A stretch of DNA of 64,000 nucleotides from an uncultured Gemmatimonadales bacterium (GTDB lineage Bacteria; Gemmatimonadota; Gemmatimonadetes; Gemmatimonadales; GWC2-71-9). The translations under genes were made by a program, and so were the position numbers. Where the stretch lies: contig CAVOGR010000001.1 in NCBI GenBank assembly GCA_963695555.1, positions 768,001-832,000 of the forward strand. Direction: 5' to 3'. This document shows positions 27,580-38,024 of the stretch, one piece after another (within the stretch, counting starts at the first letter, position 1; every line of letters starts with the position of its first letter). Under the pieces are notes generated by a model. It was not told where the DNA came from. It did no database searches and was given only the letters and a program-made list of their open reading frames with translations.

Positions 27580-30500
27580 TTATTGTCCCTCCACCGGCGC
27601 CGTCTCTCCCCTGAGCGCCGCCACGGACTTCCGGGCGCGGTCGACCTGGGGTTGCAGGGTCGCGTCGGCATTAGCCCAGGCACGGATGAACCGATCGTAG
27701 TTCTCGATCGCCTTAGCGCTGTCGCCGAGCTGCTGGTGGAGGGCTCCCCGTTCGGCCCATGAGCGCACATGGAGAGCAGGACACTTGATACCGGACGCCT
27801 CGGTGTCGAACAGCGCGTAGGCATCCACCGACGCTTTCGCGTTCCCCACGCGCGCCTGAAGATCGGCCCAGGCAAAGAGGCGGGCGCAGCCGTACTCGTC
27901 CCGGAGTTCGATGTCATCCCGGCGGACGAAGTTCCGGTCGTAGCGCGCGAGGGCCGACACGGTGTCACCGCGGGCGAGTTCCACGTGGGCTGCCATGGCC
28001 TTCCACGTTCGGGAGCGGGTCGTGTCGATGAGACCGATGTAGCGCGTCAGCAGGGTCGTGTCACGCTCGGAGAAGTACCCGGCGAGAATCGTCCCTCCCG
28101 CCTGAGTCAGGCGGTCGGCGAACTCGGCGGTTCCGCTCGGATAGTACGCCGCCAAGCTGTCCATATAGCGCAAGCCGGCACGAGTCGTGTTGGGACCACC
28201 CCCGTCCGAGACGAGGGCACCGAAAGCGAGGAACTGAAGCATCAACCGCTTGGGATAGATCCGATTGCCGGGTCCGGGGATCGAGTCTCCCGGCACCAAT
28301 GCGAACAACTCCTCGGTCATCGCCGTTGCCCGGCTCCGCATGCCGGCGCCGATCAACGGGTAGAGCATCTCCCCCGGATCCACCGCGCCGCCAGCCAGCA
28401 GCTCACGCAGTGCGGTCGGCCGCGCGTCCAGCGCATCTCGTATCTCGACGCCCGCGCTCCCATAGTCTCCCCGCAGGAAATCGAGCTGGCCATCCAACGC
28501 CCCGGCCGCAAGTTCCTGGCCGGCCGCCCGCAGCCCCTCGATCTGTCCCTCGGCTTCCGTGTATCGCTGGCCCGACATCAAGAGGCCAATCAATTGGGTC
28601 CGGGCGTTGATCGAGGACGGCACGGCGGCCACCCAGGCGTACGCGGTCGCGAGTCGGTCGCTCCGCGCGTCTTGCCGCATTCGAGTAACAGTCTCCTGGC
28701 CGAATTGTCTGACGAGCTGCTCCGGTCGGCCGTACACCGTCGAATCGCGCAGACAGATCCAGGGAGCGTCAGCCGCGCAGCTTCCCAAGACATCAATGAT
28801 GTGCCGGTACGCAACGGTGTATCCCGAATCGAGCGCCAGGGCATGCTGGAAGGCGTATAGCGCCTTGCCCCAGTTGCCCGTGCTGTCGGAGTGCGGGAAG
28901 CTGCCCGGCGTGTCGTGGAAATGAGCCTCGCCCAGCTGGTACCACGCCTCCACGTCGCTCGAGTCCCGGGCGATCATCTGCCCGGCGATCTCGCGCGCCC
29001 GGCCGAGCAGGCCGTTCTCGTAGGCCTGATAGTATTGGACCAAGAGCCGGAATCGGACGGGGAGATTCTCGCTGTACGCCTGGGCCTTGGCGATCAGGGC
29101 GCGCCTGTTAGCCGGACTTCCCTCGAGACCGGCCCAGCCATCGGCGTCGCGCAGCCTGAGATACGCGAGCGCAAACGTCGAGTCCAGCGTCACGGCCCGG
29201 TTCAGGTGGGCCTTGGCCGAGTCGATCTGCATGCGCTGGATGGCCTGGGCCCCCGACAGGTACTCGCGGTAGGCCTCGAGTGACCCGGTGGTCTGGCTCA
29301 CCAGGTCGGGGCGCTCGCTTGCTGGGGCGCCGCTCACCCGGAGGATGCGTGCGGCCAGGGAATCGAATAGCGGGCGCGGGTCGGCCCCGAAGCCGGCGCG
29401 GACGATCTCGGTCGACAGCCTGTTGCCCGTCTTGACGTCGTGGACCTTGGCCTCGATGGCGAGTGAGTCGCCCTCCTGGCGGATATCGCCCAGCACCAGG
29501 GTGCCCACCTTCGCGTCGCGGGCCATGGCCTGGGCCGCGTCGAAGTCGATGTCTTTGGGAGAACCGATCTGGCGCCGGCGGAGCAGCGAGCCGGTACGCT
29601 CGTCGTCGAACACCCGCATGTCTTCCCAGTGTCCCACCGCGAGGCCGAGGAGGTTCATCGACGCCTCCTCCAGATAGTCCTTGGAGGCGTCACCCGTCCT
29701 GTTCTCGAAGGGGAACACGATGAGGCTCTGCCTGGGGTCGCCCTCTACCCGGTAGCCCTTCGGTCTGAGTGCCCACGCCAATGAACCCAGCACGACCAGG
29801 ACGACCATTGTCGTGATGATCTTGCCCAGCGACATACGTCTGGGCCCGGTCGCCACGGAATACCCGGACCTGAGGGCATCGCGGAAATCGGCCGCGGTCT
29901 GGAAGCGCTGGTCCGGGTCCTTGGCCAATCCCCGCGCGATGGCGGCGCTCACGGCGGGCGGGGTTCGTGGCTCCCGCTCCTGGACCGACGGCGGTTCTTG
30001 GGTGAGATGGGCGGCGAGCACCGCCTGTGGTGTCGCCCCTCCGAACGGCGCTCCACCGGTCAGCATCTCATACCCGACCACGGCCAAGGCATAGACGTCG
30101 GCCCGGGCATCGACGTTGCGTTCGCCGGCCGCTTGTTCGGGCGACATGTAGCCCGGCGTCCCCACCGCCATCCCGAGTTCGGTGAGCCGAGCTCCACCTT
30201 CGTCCCGCGCCTCCTCGACCGCGCGGGCCACGCCGAAGTCGGTCAGGACTGCATGACCCTGCTGGAGAAGGATGTTGTCCGGCTTAACGTCGCGGTGGAC
30301 GATGCCGCGCTCGTGGGCGTAGGCCAGTGCGTCGGCCACCTCCGTCAGGATCCGGACGGCGTCCTCAACCGGGAGTTTGCCGTCTTCGAGCCGGTGCCGG
30401 AGGGACTCGCCCGACACGTACGGCATGACGTAGTAGATCAGATCGTCCTGGGCGCCGGCCGCAAGAACGGGTAGCACGTGCGGGTGCTGGAGCTGGGCCG

Positions 30501-30699
30501 CCACGCTGACTTCCTGCTGGAACCGTGCCGCACTCACGGCACTCGCCATTTCGGGCGGGAGCAGCTTGATCACCACCTTGCGGTTGAGCGAGACCTCGGT
30601 GGCAAGGAACAGCCGGCTCATGCCGCCGCGGGCGAGCTCGCGGTCGATCTGATAGGCGTCGCCCAGGGCGGCTTGGAGGCGGTGCTGGAGGTCGGTCAC
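27580..30699 (-). CDS. Ser/Thr protein kinase with TM, TolB_N-like domain and TPR repeats
   Basis: ARGGMS, VVIK, HRDVKPDN, DFG, GTPGYMSPE; IVFPFENRTGD; TPR-like helices; GTG start at 30699 (the upstream extension is repeat-derived). Confidence 0.9.
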   Translation of the reverse strand: MTDLQHRLQAALGDAYQIDRELARGGMSRLFLATEVSLNRKVVIKLLPPEMASAVSAARFQQEVSVAAQLQHPHVLPVLAAGAQDDLIYYVMPYVSGESLRHRLEDGKLPVEDAVRILTEVADALAYAHERGIVHRDVKPDNILLQQGHAVLTDFGVARAVEEARDEGGARLTELGMAVGTPGYMSPEQAAGERNVDARADVYALAVVGYEMLTGGAPFGGATPQAVLAAHLTQEPPSVQEREPRTPPAVSAAIARGLAKDPDQRFQTAADFRDALRSGYSVATGPRRMSLGKIITTMVVLVVLGSLAWALRPKGYRVEGDPRQSLIVFPFENRTGDASKDYLEEASMNLLGLAVGHWEDMRVFDDERTGSLLRRRQIGSPKDIDFDAAQAMARDAKVGTLVLGDIRQEGDSLAIEAKVHDVKTGNRLSTEIVRAGFGADPRPLFDSLAARILRVSGAPASERPDLVSQTTGSLEAYREYLSGAQAIQRMQIDSAKAHLNRAVTLDSTFALAYLRLRDADGWAGLEGSPANRRALIAKAQAYSENLPVRFRLLVQYYQAYENGLLGRAREIAGQMIARDSSDVEAWYQLGEAHFHDTPGSFPHSDSTGNWGKALYAFQHALALDSGYTVAYRHIIDVLGSCAADAPWICLRDSTVYGRPEQLVRQFGQETVTRMRQDARSDRLATAYAWVAAVPSSINARTQLIGLLMSGQRYTEAEGQIEGLRAAGQELAAGALDGQLDFLRGDYGSAGVEIRDALDARPTALRELLAGGAVDPGEMLYPLIGAGMRSRATAMTEELFALVPGDSIPGPGNRIYPKRLMLQFLAFGALVSDGGGPNTTRAGLRYMDSLAAYYPSGTAEFADRLTQAGGTILAGYFSERDTTLLTRYIGLIDTTRSRTWKAMAAHVELARGDTVSALARYDRNFVRRDDIELRDEYGCARLFAWADLQARVGNAKASVDAYALFDTEASGIKCPALHVRSWAERGALHQQLGDSAKAIENYDRFIRAWANADATLQPQVDRARKSVAALRGETAPVEGQ

Positions 30700-30735
30700 G
30701 GGCGCGGGTCCTAAGATGTGGAATCGAAGGAAGAT

Positions 30736-30945
30736 AGGGTGGTAGGAGAGTAGGGGGTAGGAAGTGGCAGGTAGGATGCAGGGAAGTAGGAAGTAGGAAG
30801 TGGGCGGTGGAATCCAACCAACCAACCAACCTACCTACCTACCCACCTACACACCTACCCACGTACCCACCTACCCACGTACCCACCCACCCACGTACCC
30901 ACCCACCCAACTGCCTACCCACTCACCTACCGCCTTCCTACCTTA
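30736..30945. repeat. purine-rich (GGAAGTA/GGTAG) tract and partly complementary (CTACCCAC-type) tract in the divergent intergenic region
   Basis: Direct reading: 30736-30806 and 30815-30945. Confidence 0.85.
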
Positions 30946-30983
30946 CTGACGTAGCCCCTCGGAGTGCTCTCGAAGGAGGCACG

Positions 30984-31142
30984 GTGAGAATCGACAAAGA
31001 AGACATCGACCCAATCTGCCCGCATTGCCAGATGCTGCTGCAACGGCTGATCCAGGTGAAGCGCGGATTCTTCGCGGTCAATCGGGTGTTTTGCTGTCCC
31101 CATTGCCGGAAAGTTCTGGGCATCAGCGCCGGGGCCCAGTGA
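30984..31142 (+). CDS. small zinc-ribbon protein (CPHC...CPHC), 52 aa
   Basis: RBS AAGGAGG, GTG start, two CxxC motifs; stop overlaps the next start. Confidence 0.75.
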   Translation: MRIDKEDIDPICPHCQMLLQRLIQVKRGFFAVNRVFCCPHCRKVLGISAGAQ

Positions 31143-31963
31143 CAGCCGGCGTTCCGCCGGCAGACTGGCTCGCCTTTCTCGAGCGGATTGCAGATCAGGC
31201 CGATGACATTGCACTCCGGCTGTTTCGCTCGGTAACACTTCGCGTCGAGGCCAAGCCGGACCGAAGCCCTGTGAGCGAGGCGGATCGCGCGATCGAGTCG
31301 ATGGCCCGGGCCTATGCCCTCGAGCATCAGCCAGGCCTCGGCATCGTAGGCGAGGAAGAAGGCGAGACGGTTTCCTCCGGCGACACGCGCCTGATCATCG
31401 ACCCGATCGACGCGACGCAGAATTTCGTGCGCGGAATTCCAATCTTTGCCACCTTGCTCGCCATCGAGGATCGAGGCGATGTTGTGGCAGGGGTCGTGTC
31501 CGCGCCCGCGTTGCGCGCTCGGTGGACCGCTGGTCGAGGGCTCGGCGCCTCCTCCGCAGGGCGGCGGCTCGCAGTGTCGAACGTCAGCGCGCTGTCGGAA
31601 GCCCATCTGCTCCACGCCGGACTCGGTGGGTCGAGCGAGACGCTCCCGCCGCCCGGCATGCGCGACCTCCTCGATCGAGCGGCGCGAAGCCGTGGCTTCG
31701 GCGATTTCTACCAGCACATGCTGGTGGCCGAAGGCGCCGGCGACGTGGCCATCGACCCTGGCGTACACCCGTGGGACGTGGCCGCGATTCAGGTGATCGT
31801 AGAGGAAGCCGGAGGGAAGGCGACAACGCTGGGCGGCGCGCGTGATGTCTATGGCGGGAGCCTCGTGACGACCAACGGTCTCTTGCACGCGGAAGTGTTG
31901 GACCTGCTGGGAGGAGAAGAGTCGGGAAGTCGGGAAGTGGGGAAGTCGGAGGTAGGGGAGTAG
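31139..31963 (+). CDS. inositol monophosphatase family, histidinol-phosphatase (HisN-like)
   Basis: SPVSEAD, GEEEG, IDPIDATQNFVRG, RGFGDF, PWDVAA motifs. Confidence 0.85.
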   Translation: MTAGVPPADWLAFLERIADQADDIALRLFRSVTLRVEAKPDRSPVSEADRAIESMARAYALEHQPGLGIVGEEEGETVSSGDTRLIIDPIDATQNFVRGIPIFATLLAIEDRGDVVAGVVSAPALRARWTAGRGLGASSAGRRLAVSNVSALSEAHLLHAGLGGSSETLPPPGMRDLLDRAARSRGFGDFYQHMLVAEGAGDVAIDPGVHPWDVAAIQVIVEEAGGKATTLGGARDVYGGSLVTTNGLLHAEVLDLLGGEESGSREVGKSEVGE

Positions 31964-32054
31964 TGAGGAATGGCCCTCTACTCGCGGCTGAAGCCGCGGA
32001 CCAGGCGGGAATGCCGAGCTATCAGGGGTCGACCACGCACACTAGCTTCTCGGC

Positions 32055-32095
32055 TAGCCAATAGCCAATAGCCAATAGCCAATAGCCAATAGCCA
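32055..32095. repeat. (TAGCCAA)x5.8 heptamer tract
   Basis: Direct reading; two units also occur at 19841-19855. Confidence 0.9.
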
Positions 32096-32112
32096 CCATT
32101 ACCGGAGACCCG

Positions 32113-33684
32113 ATGCGTCCGTCTCGCCTAATTCTCTTCGTTGTTCTCGCCCTGCTCGGTCCGACGTCCGTCCTGGCCCAATCGGCGCCCGACGCGCTCC
32201 CCCCAGGGCTCGACGACTATCTGGCGCAAGTCATGGAGGCCTTCGAGGTTCCCGGCGTGAGCCTGGCCATCGTCAAAGACGGGAAGCCGATCTTGACCAA
32301 AGGCTACGGGGTCAGACGCTTGGGCGACAAGACCCCGGTCGACGCGCGGACGCTGTTTGGGATCGCCTCTAACACCAAGGCCTTTACGGCCACGGCCATT
32401 GGCCTCTTGGTGGAGGAGGGTAAGCTGGAGTGGGACGCACCGGTCCGGCGCTATCTGCCGTGGTTCCAACTCTCCGACCCGTACGTGACGCGCGAGCTGA
32501 CGGTGCGCGACCTCCTGGTTCACCGGAGCGGCCTCGGGCTCGGCGCCGGCGACCTGTTGTGGTGGCCGCCCTCAACATATAGCCGCAAGGAAATCGCGCG
32601 TCGGCTGCAATACATCCCACTCACGACCAGCTTCCGCAGCGCGTACGCCTACGACAATGTGCTGTATTTGATTGCGGGCGAGCTCATCGAGGAGGTGAGC
32701 GGGCTCACCTGGGAGGAGTTCGTCGCCTCGCGGATTCTGCAGCCGCTCGGCATGACCGGCAGCAACGTGCGACATGCCGAGGCGTCGGGCGGGGGCAACA
32801 TCGGAACACCGCACGCCCGGGTCGAGGGGGTGGTCCGGCCGGTCAAACCCTTCGCGAGCGACAACACCAATCCGGCCGGCGGCATCAACGCAAGCGCGGT
32901 CGACATGGCGAAGTGGCTGATCGTACAGCTGGATTCGGGACGCGTGGCCAAAGACAAACGGCTGTTCTCTCGGTTCACCACGCACCAGCTTTGGGCCATG
33001 GTCACGCCAATCCCCATTCGGAATCAGCCGCCGGAATTGGCGGCGCTCAGATCGAACTTCGAGGGCTACGCCCTGGGATTCCGGGTACACGACTATCGCG
33101 GCCGGAAGATCGTGACCCACACCGGAGGCCTGCCCGGCTATGTGTCGAAGGTCACGATGGTACCGGACCTGAAACTCGGCATCTCCGTCCTCACCAACCA
33201 GGAATCGGGCTCGGCGTTCCAAGCGATCACCTACCGCATTCTGGATCACTACCTCGGGGCACCGCCCACCGATTGGCTCGCAGGGTATCGGGCCGTGTCG
33301 GCCCGAAGCGACTTTATGGTCAAGGCGGCCGAGCAGCGTGCGGCATCGGCGCGGGACTCTACGTCACGCCCGTCGCTCCCGCTGGCCGGGTACACCGGGA
33401 CCTTCACCGATCCATGGTATGGGGATGTGAAAATCAGCCAGCAGGACGGAAAGCTGGTGATTCGCTTCGGCCACACGCCGTCGTTGGTCGGCGATCTGGT
33501 GCACTACCAATACGACACCTTCGTGGCCCGGTGGTGGGATCGCGAACTGCGGGCGGACGCCTACGTGACCTTCGCACTCAAACCCGACGGATCGATCGAC
33601 CGGGTCAAGATGCTGCCCGCGTCACCCGCCGTGGACTTTAGCTTCGATTTCCAGGATCTGTTGTTGTCGCCGGCTGATCGGTAG
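32113..33684 (+). CDS. secreted serine hydrolase, beta-lactamase class C/PBP family, with C-terminal DUF3471-like domain
   Basis: Signal peptide; ASNTK (SxxK), YDN, HTGG motifs. Confidence 0.88.
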   Translation: MRPSRLILFVVLALLGPTSVLAQSAPDALPPGLDDYLAQVMEAFEVPGVSLAIVKDGKPILTKGYGVRRLGDKTPVDARTLFGIASNTKAFTATAIGLLVEEGKLEWDAPVRRYLPWFQLSDPYVTRELTVRDLLVHRSGLGLGAGDLLWWPPSTYSRKEIARRLQYIPLTTSFRSAYAYDNVLYLIAGELIEEVSGLTWEEFVASRILQPLGMTGSNVRHAEASGGGNIGTPHARVEGVVRPVKPFASDNTNPAGGINASAVDMAKWLIVQLDSGRVAKDKRLFSRFTTHQLWAMVTPIPIRNQPPELAALRSNFEGYALGFRVHDYRGRKIVTHTGGLPGYVSKVTMVPDLKLGISVLTNQESGSAFQAITYRILDHYLGAPPTDWLAGYRAVSARSDFMVKAAEQRAASARDSTSRPSLPLAGYTGTFTDPWYGDVKISQQDGKLVIRFGHTPSLVGDLVHYQYDTFVARWWDRELRADAYVTFALKPDGSIDRVKMLPASPAVDFSFDFQDLLLSPADR

Positions 33685-33935
33685 CGGGGAGGCAGGCGTC
33701 ATGAGCCGGGGAGAGGGGGACAGCTACTGGGCAGGAGGTAAGGGGAGTAGGATCGTAGGCGACACCGTGGAGAAGGTGTATTGTCGTGCTCGCTTCGCCA
33801 GATCCTTCGACGCGTACCGTCACTTTAGTGACAGCCGCCGAGTCTCGGCTTTAGCCGAGGACCAGGCAGGAATGTCGACTACAGGTGCCGCTACCATCCC
33901 TCAGTTAGCCAATAGCTGTCTTGGACACCACGGCA

Positions 33936-34262
33936 ATGAAATACCATCACATCGGAATCCCGACGACGGTCCCGCGCGACGGCGAGACATATCTCGACGC
34001 ATACAAGGTGCGTGTCTCGGGGTTCGACACCAGCGAATACGGGATCGAATGGATGCGGTTCGATTCTGATTGCCCGTTGCCGGAGTTGGTGAAGACCGTG
34101 CCGCACGTCGCATTTCGTGTTCATGACCTGGATGGGGCGTTGGTCGGCAAGGAGATCTTGATAGCCCCGAACAGCCCCTCGCCGGGGGTCCGGGTGGCAT
34201 TCATTGTCGAGAACGGGGCTCCGGTCGAATTCCTGGAGCTTTCGGAGGACGAAACCGGCTGA
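33936..34262 (+). CDS. VOC/glyoxalase-like small protein
   Basis: YHHIGIPT, PHVAFRVHDLD, GAPVEFLE. Confidence 0.7.
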   Translation: MKYHHIGIPTTVPRDGETYLDAYKVRVSGFDTSEYGIEWMRFDSDCPLPELVKTVPHVAFRVHDLDGALVGKEILIAPNSPSPGVRVAFIVENGAPVEFLELSEDETG

Positions 34263-34270
34263 CGCGTTCA

Positions 34271-34888
34271 GTGATTGACCCAATCGAGCACTTCAACGGC
34301 ATCGACATCTACTTGTTCGACCAACTGCAGCGGGGACGAATCGTGCCTGGTATGACCGTCCTCGATGCGGGCTCAGGCTCGGGCCGAAACCTCATCTACT
34401 TCATGCGGGCCGGCTACCGGGTATTGGCTGCCGACACGAGCGCCGACGCGATTGGCGCACTTCAGGCGTCGGCAGCCCAGTTCGCACCTAGGATACCGCC
34501 GGAGAATTTCCGCGTTGAACCCATCGAAGCCATGACCTTTCCGGACCAGATCGCCGACGTGGTGATCAGCAACGCGGTGCTTCACTTTGCTCGTGATGAT
34601 GAACATTTCTGGGCCATGCTCAGAGGGAGTTGGCGCGTGCTCCGACCGGGCGGGCTCTTCTTTTGCCGGCTCGCATCCAATATCGGGTCTGAGCACCTGC
34701 TGGATCCGATCGGAGGGCGACGCTACAGGTTGCCCGATGGGAGCGAGCGCTATCTGATGGACGAGGCCCTGCTGCTCGACGCGACCGAACGGCTGGGTGG
34801 AGAGCTCGCGGACCCGCTCAAGACCACCCTGGTGCATCACCAGCGATCCATGACGACCTGGGTAGTGCGGAAACAGACAGCCGGTTGA
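34271..34888 (+). CDS. class I SAM-dependent methyltransferase
   Basis: VLDAGSGSGRN, DVVISNAVLHF, LRPGG. Confidence 0.85.
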   Translation: MIDPIEHFNGIDIYLFDQLQRGRIVPGMTVLDAGSGSGRNLIYFMRAGYRVLAADTSADAIGALQASAAQFAPRIPPENFRVEPIEAMTFPDQIADVVISNAVLHFARDDEHFWAMLRGSWRVLRPGGLFFCRLASNIGSEHLLDPIGGRRYRLPDGSERYLMDEALLLDATERLGGELADPLKTTLVHHQRSMTTWVVRKQTAG

Positions 34889-34900
34889 CCTGAGGCAGCC

Positions 34901-35356
34901 ATGCATACGACCGTACGCCGATACATCAAGACGGCCGTCGCTTTTCTCGCCGCCGGGCTGATCTCGGGGCTCTCCATGGTGGTGCGGCGAGAAGTGACCG
35001 GACGCTGGCCCTCGCCCTATCTGGTTGCGGCGCACACCCACGTTCTGTTGGTCGGATTCATGATGTTCATGATTCTGGGTGTGGCGCTCTGGATCTTTCC
35101 GCGGCCGGAGAGGGACGACACCCGCTACCGGCCGGGCCTGATCGATGCGGCCTACTGGTTGCTCTTATGCGGGACGGCGGGGCGGTTTCTCGGTGAGGTG
35201 GCCAAGGTATCCGTTGAAGCGGTCTGGCTCAGATGGGTGGTCGTGATGGCGAGCCTGGCCCAGGTCGCAGGCATTCTCCTTTTCATGTGGACCATCTGGT
35301 CGCGTATCCGTGCGGTCGGCAGCAAGGCGCGCGAGGCCCGCGGGGAGCGCTTCTAG
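34901..35356 (+). CDS. 4-TM membrane protein with an AHTH motif (heme-copper oxidase subunit I-like fragment family)
   Basis: AAHTHVLLVGFMMFMILGVALWIFPR; four hydrophobic segments. Confidence 0.6.
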   Translation: MHTTVRRYIKTAVAFLAAGLISGLSMVVRREVTGRWPSPYLVAAHTHVLLVGFMMFMILGVALWIFPRPERDDTRYRPGLIDAAYWLLLCGTAGRFLGEVAKVSVEAVWLRWVVVMASLAQVAGILLFMWTIWSRIRAVGSKAREARGERF

Positions 35357-35536
35357 GGAAGCCCGATGCGAGCCTCAGCGCCGCGGGTGTCGGCGAATCC
35401 GTCCGCCTCATTCTCGAACATTACCGACCATCCCTGTCCTGATTCTCGCTCTAAAGAAAGTTTCGCGAGGACTTCACGCTGGCTTCAACGATGGGGTGTG
35501 GGAGTACTAGCGTATTCTCACGTGCAGGAGGACCCC

Positions 35537-36658
35537 ATGCGAAGAATCTCTGCGCTCCTGACCGCGTTCAGCCTCGTTGTCGTGGCGGCATGTTCCGACA
35601 ACTCGGTCTTCGAGCCCTCACAGCAGAACCAAGGTGTCGATACCAGGGCCAGCGCGGCCTCGGATGGCGCGCTCCGCGTGACCGTGATGACGCGCAATCT
35701 GTACGTTGGCGCCGACGTCGATGCCGTGATTGCCGCACTCGCCAGCACCGATCCAGCCGACGACCTGCCGGCGCTGCTCACGGCGATCGAGATCATCCAG
35801 CGGACCGACTTTCCGACCCGGGCCCGCGCCATCGCCGAAGAAATCGATCGGGTACGCCCTCATGTCGTCGGACTTCAAGAGGTGTCGGAGATCGACATCG
35901 ATCTGACAGGCCTTGGTCTTCCCATCGTAATCCACCAGGACTTTCTCGCCAGCCTCGACGCCGCGCTGAGCGATCGAGGTCTCAACTATGTGCCGGCGGC
36001 CACGATCAAGAACATCGAGGCCGTGCCGCTTCCCGGCATCAGTCTGGTGGATTTCGATGTGATGTTGGTGGACCCAGCTCGCGTCGCGGTCACATCGGTG
36101 GTCGAACAGAGTTTCGCGGCCAACCTCGGGATCGTCGCTCCGGGACTGGATATCAAACGAGGGTGGGTAACCGTCACGGGCCTGGTTGATGGTGCCGCGT
36201 ACACTTTTGCCAGTACCCACCTCGAGTCCGGCTCCTTGCCCGGGTTCCCCGAATTGCGGGCCCTACAGGTCGGTGAGCTGGTTGCCTCCTTCGGCCCGAG
36301 TTCGCCCGCCGTGCTGATGGGTGACCTGAACGATATGCCGGGCTCGCCGATGTACGAGGTGCTGACCGGGGCGGGTCTCACCGATGTCTGGCGTGCCCTC
36401 AGGCCCGGTGTCGTGGGCTACACGTGCTGTCACGCTGATGACCTGTCCAACCACATCCCGGCGTTCGACCAGCGGCTGGACTACGTCTTCGTTCGCGGAG
36501 TCGGGCATGCCAACAAGGCGGTCATGGGACAGATCACGTTAGTTGGCGTGGTCCCGGCGGCACGACTGCCGGGGCCACTGGGTACGATTTGGCCATCGGA
36601 TCATGCCGGTATCGGGGTGGACTTCTTGATGCCGCCGGCCCGAGGTCGTTCTCCCTAG
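35537..36658 (+). CDS. endonuclease/exonuclease/phosphatase-family lipoprotein
   Basis: RBS AGGAGG; lipobox VAAC; MTRNLY, GLQEV, THLES, GDLN, LDYVF, SDHAG. Confidence 0.88.
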   Translation: MRRISALLTAFSLVVVAACSDNSVFEPSQQNQGVDTRASAASDGALRVTVMTRNLYVGADVDAVIAALASTDPADDLPALLTAIEIIQRTDFPTRARAIAEEIDRVRPHVVGLQEVSEIDIDLTGLGLPIVIHQDFLASLDAALSDRGLNYVPAATIKNIEAVPLPGISLVDFDVMLVDPARVAVTSVVEQSFAANLGIVAPGLDIKRGWVTVTGLVDGAAYTFASTHLESGSLPGFPELRALQVGELVASFGPSSPAVLMGDLNDMPGSPMYEVLTGAGLTDVWRALRPGVVGYTCCHADDLSNHIPAFDQRLDYVFVRGVGHANKAVMGQITLVGVVPAARLPGPLGTIWPSDHAGIGVDFLMPPARGRSP

Positions 36659-36779
36659 ACCACTGGTGGAAGGCGGCCGAGTTTCTGGTGAGGCGGACCG
36701 CTTGCCCTTGTGGGCTTCAGACGTGATCATAGGGGGTCGTCATTTGTACGACGCCCCGATACTACTGCATGGAGGACCA

Positions 36780-37304
36780 ATGAAGCACGCATTGACAGCA
36801 GCGATTGCACTCGGCATGCTTGCCGGCCCCGCGATTGCCCAAGAGATGCCCGCGCCCGGCGCCGAGCAGGCGAGGATCGGCTACTACGAGGGGACGTGGG
36901 ACTACCAAGGCGAGGCCATGCCGTCGCCGATGGGGCCGGGTGGCAAGATTGCGATGACCGAGACCTGCCGCTGGTTCGAGGGTGGGTTCCATATGATCTG
37001 CGACTCGAAGGGCACCTCGCCGACGGGACCGGTGTCCGGCCATTCCGTCATAGGCTACGATCGGGCCGAGCAGATGTACGTCATGTATGGGCTGAACAGC
37101 CGGGGCGAAGGGTATTACGTCAAGGGCGGCATAGCCGGCGCCGTCTGGACCTGGACAGCCGAGATCATGATGGAGGGCACGCCCGTCAGGTTCCGGGCGA
37201 TCGCGACGGAGAAATCACCGACCTCCTATGATTTCCGGCTGGAGGCTTCGATGGGCGACGCGGACTGGGCGGTGCTCGAAGAGGGGAAGGCCACGAAGCA
37301 GTAG
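36780..37304 (+). CDS. secreted beta-barrel protein (DUF1579-like)
   Basis: RBS GGAGG; signal peptide; YYEGTW..CRWFEGGF..GYD pattern. Confidence 0.65.
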   Translation: MKHALTAAIALGMLAGPAIAQEMPAPGAEQARIGYYEGTWDYQGEAMPSPMGPGGKIAMTETCRWFEGGFHMICDSKGTSPTGPVSGHSVIGYDRAEQMYVMYGLNSRGEGYYVKGGIAGAVWTWTAEIMMEGTPVRFRAIATEKSPTSYDFRLEASMGDADWAVLEEGKATKQ

Positions 37305-37373
37305 CGCGCACGGCTTCCCCGCTGGTTGAGACTGGCTCTGTTTCTTCCGGGGATGTCGGTGTAATCTCCCCTC

Positions 37374-37868
37374 ATGAAGCGGAAACACCGCCGGACCCTC
37401 CAGGCCGTCATCGCGACCATTGGCGCGGTGATCGGCCTGGTGCTCTGGCTGGGCGGCCTGGGGTACCTCCGAGGCGTACGCGAGTTGCGGCTGCCTCGGA
37501 CCAGCCTCCTCGCCGCCACCATGTCTGAGCCGGACTACCTCGACTCCTATCATGTCGCGGTGCGGACCACGTCATTCAAGAACGCGGACGATCTTCGTGC
37601 GGCGGCCTTCCAGAAGGGTGAGGAGATTGCCCGGAGCCGGTGGGAGGTCGTGTACTCCGGTTCGTCGCCGGGCCTGGATTATCACGTCTCCTACATCCTC
37701 GAAGGCGGGCTTCCGGCGACCGGCCTCCGGGTGTCGACCGCGGTGAAGTACCGCAGTGGCATCGGGCGGCTCTACTTTGCGATCATTCGTCCATTTCACC
37801 GCCGGTTCACGCCTTTCATGCTGAGCCGAATGGCGAGGTGGCACCCAAAGGCGGACCCCATCGAGTAG
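37374..37868 (+). CDS. DUF2867-like protein with N-terminal TM
   Basis: DYLDSY and GRLYFAIIRPFHR motifs. Confidence 0.65.
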   Translation: MKRKHRRTLQAVIATIGAVIGLVLWLGGLGYLRGVRELRLPRTSLLAATMSEPDYLDSYHVAVRTTSFKNADDLRAAAFQKGEEIARSRWEVVYSGSSPGLDYHVSYILEGGLPATGLRVSTAVKYRSGIGRLYFAIIRPFHRRFTPFMLSRMARWHPKADPIE

Positions 37869-38024
37869 GTCGCACGAGCGGTTGGCGAGAAAGCCCGCGC
37901 GCCCGACCCGACACCCTGGTGGATGGGATCTGCTGAGGGGTTGCACGCCTCTCACTAGCATTTCATTCTTCCTTCAGGCGGCCCCGGCTATTGGTCCCAA
38001 TCGTCAAGGAAAGCGCAGGAGCCC

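Noticed and set aside
30700..30983. N-terminal extensions of ORFs 27580..30825 and 30807..31142
   Set aside because: They are translations of low-complexity intergenic repeats.
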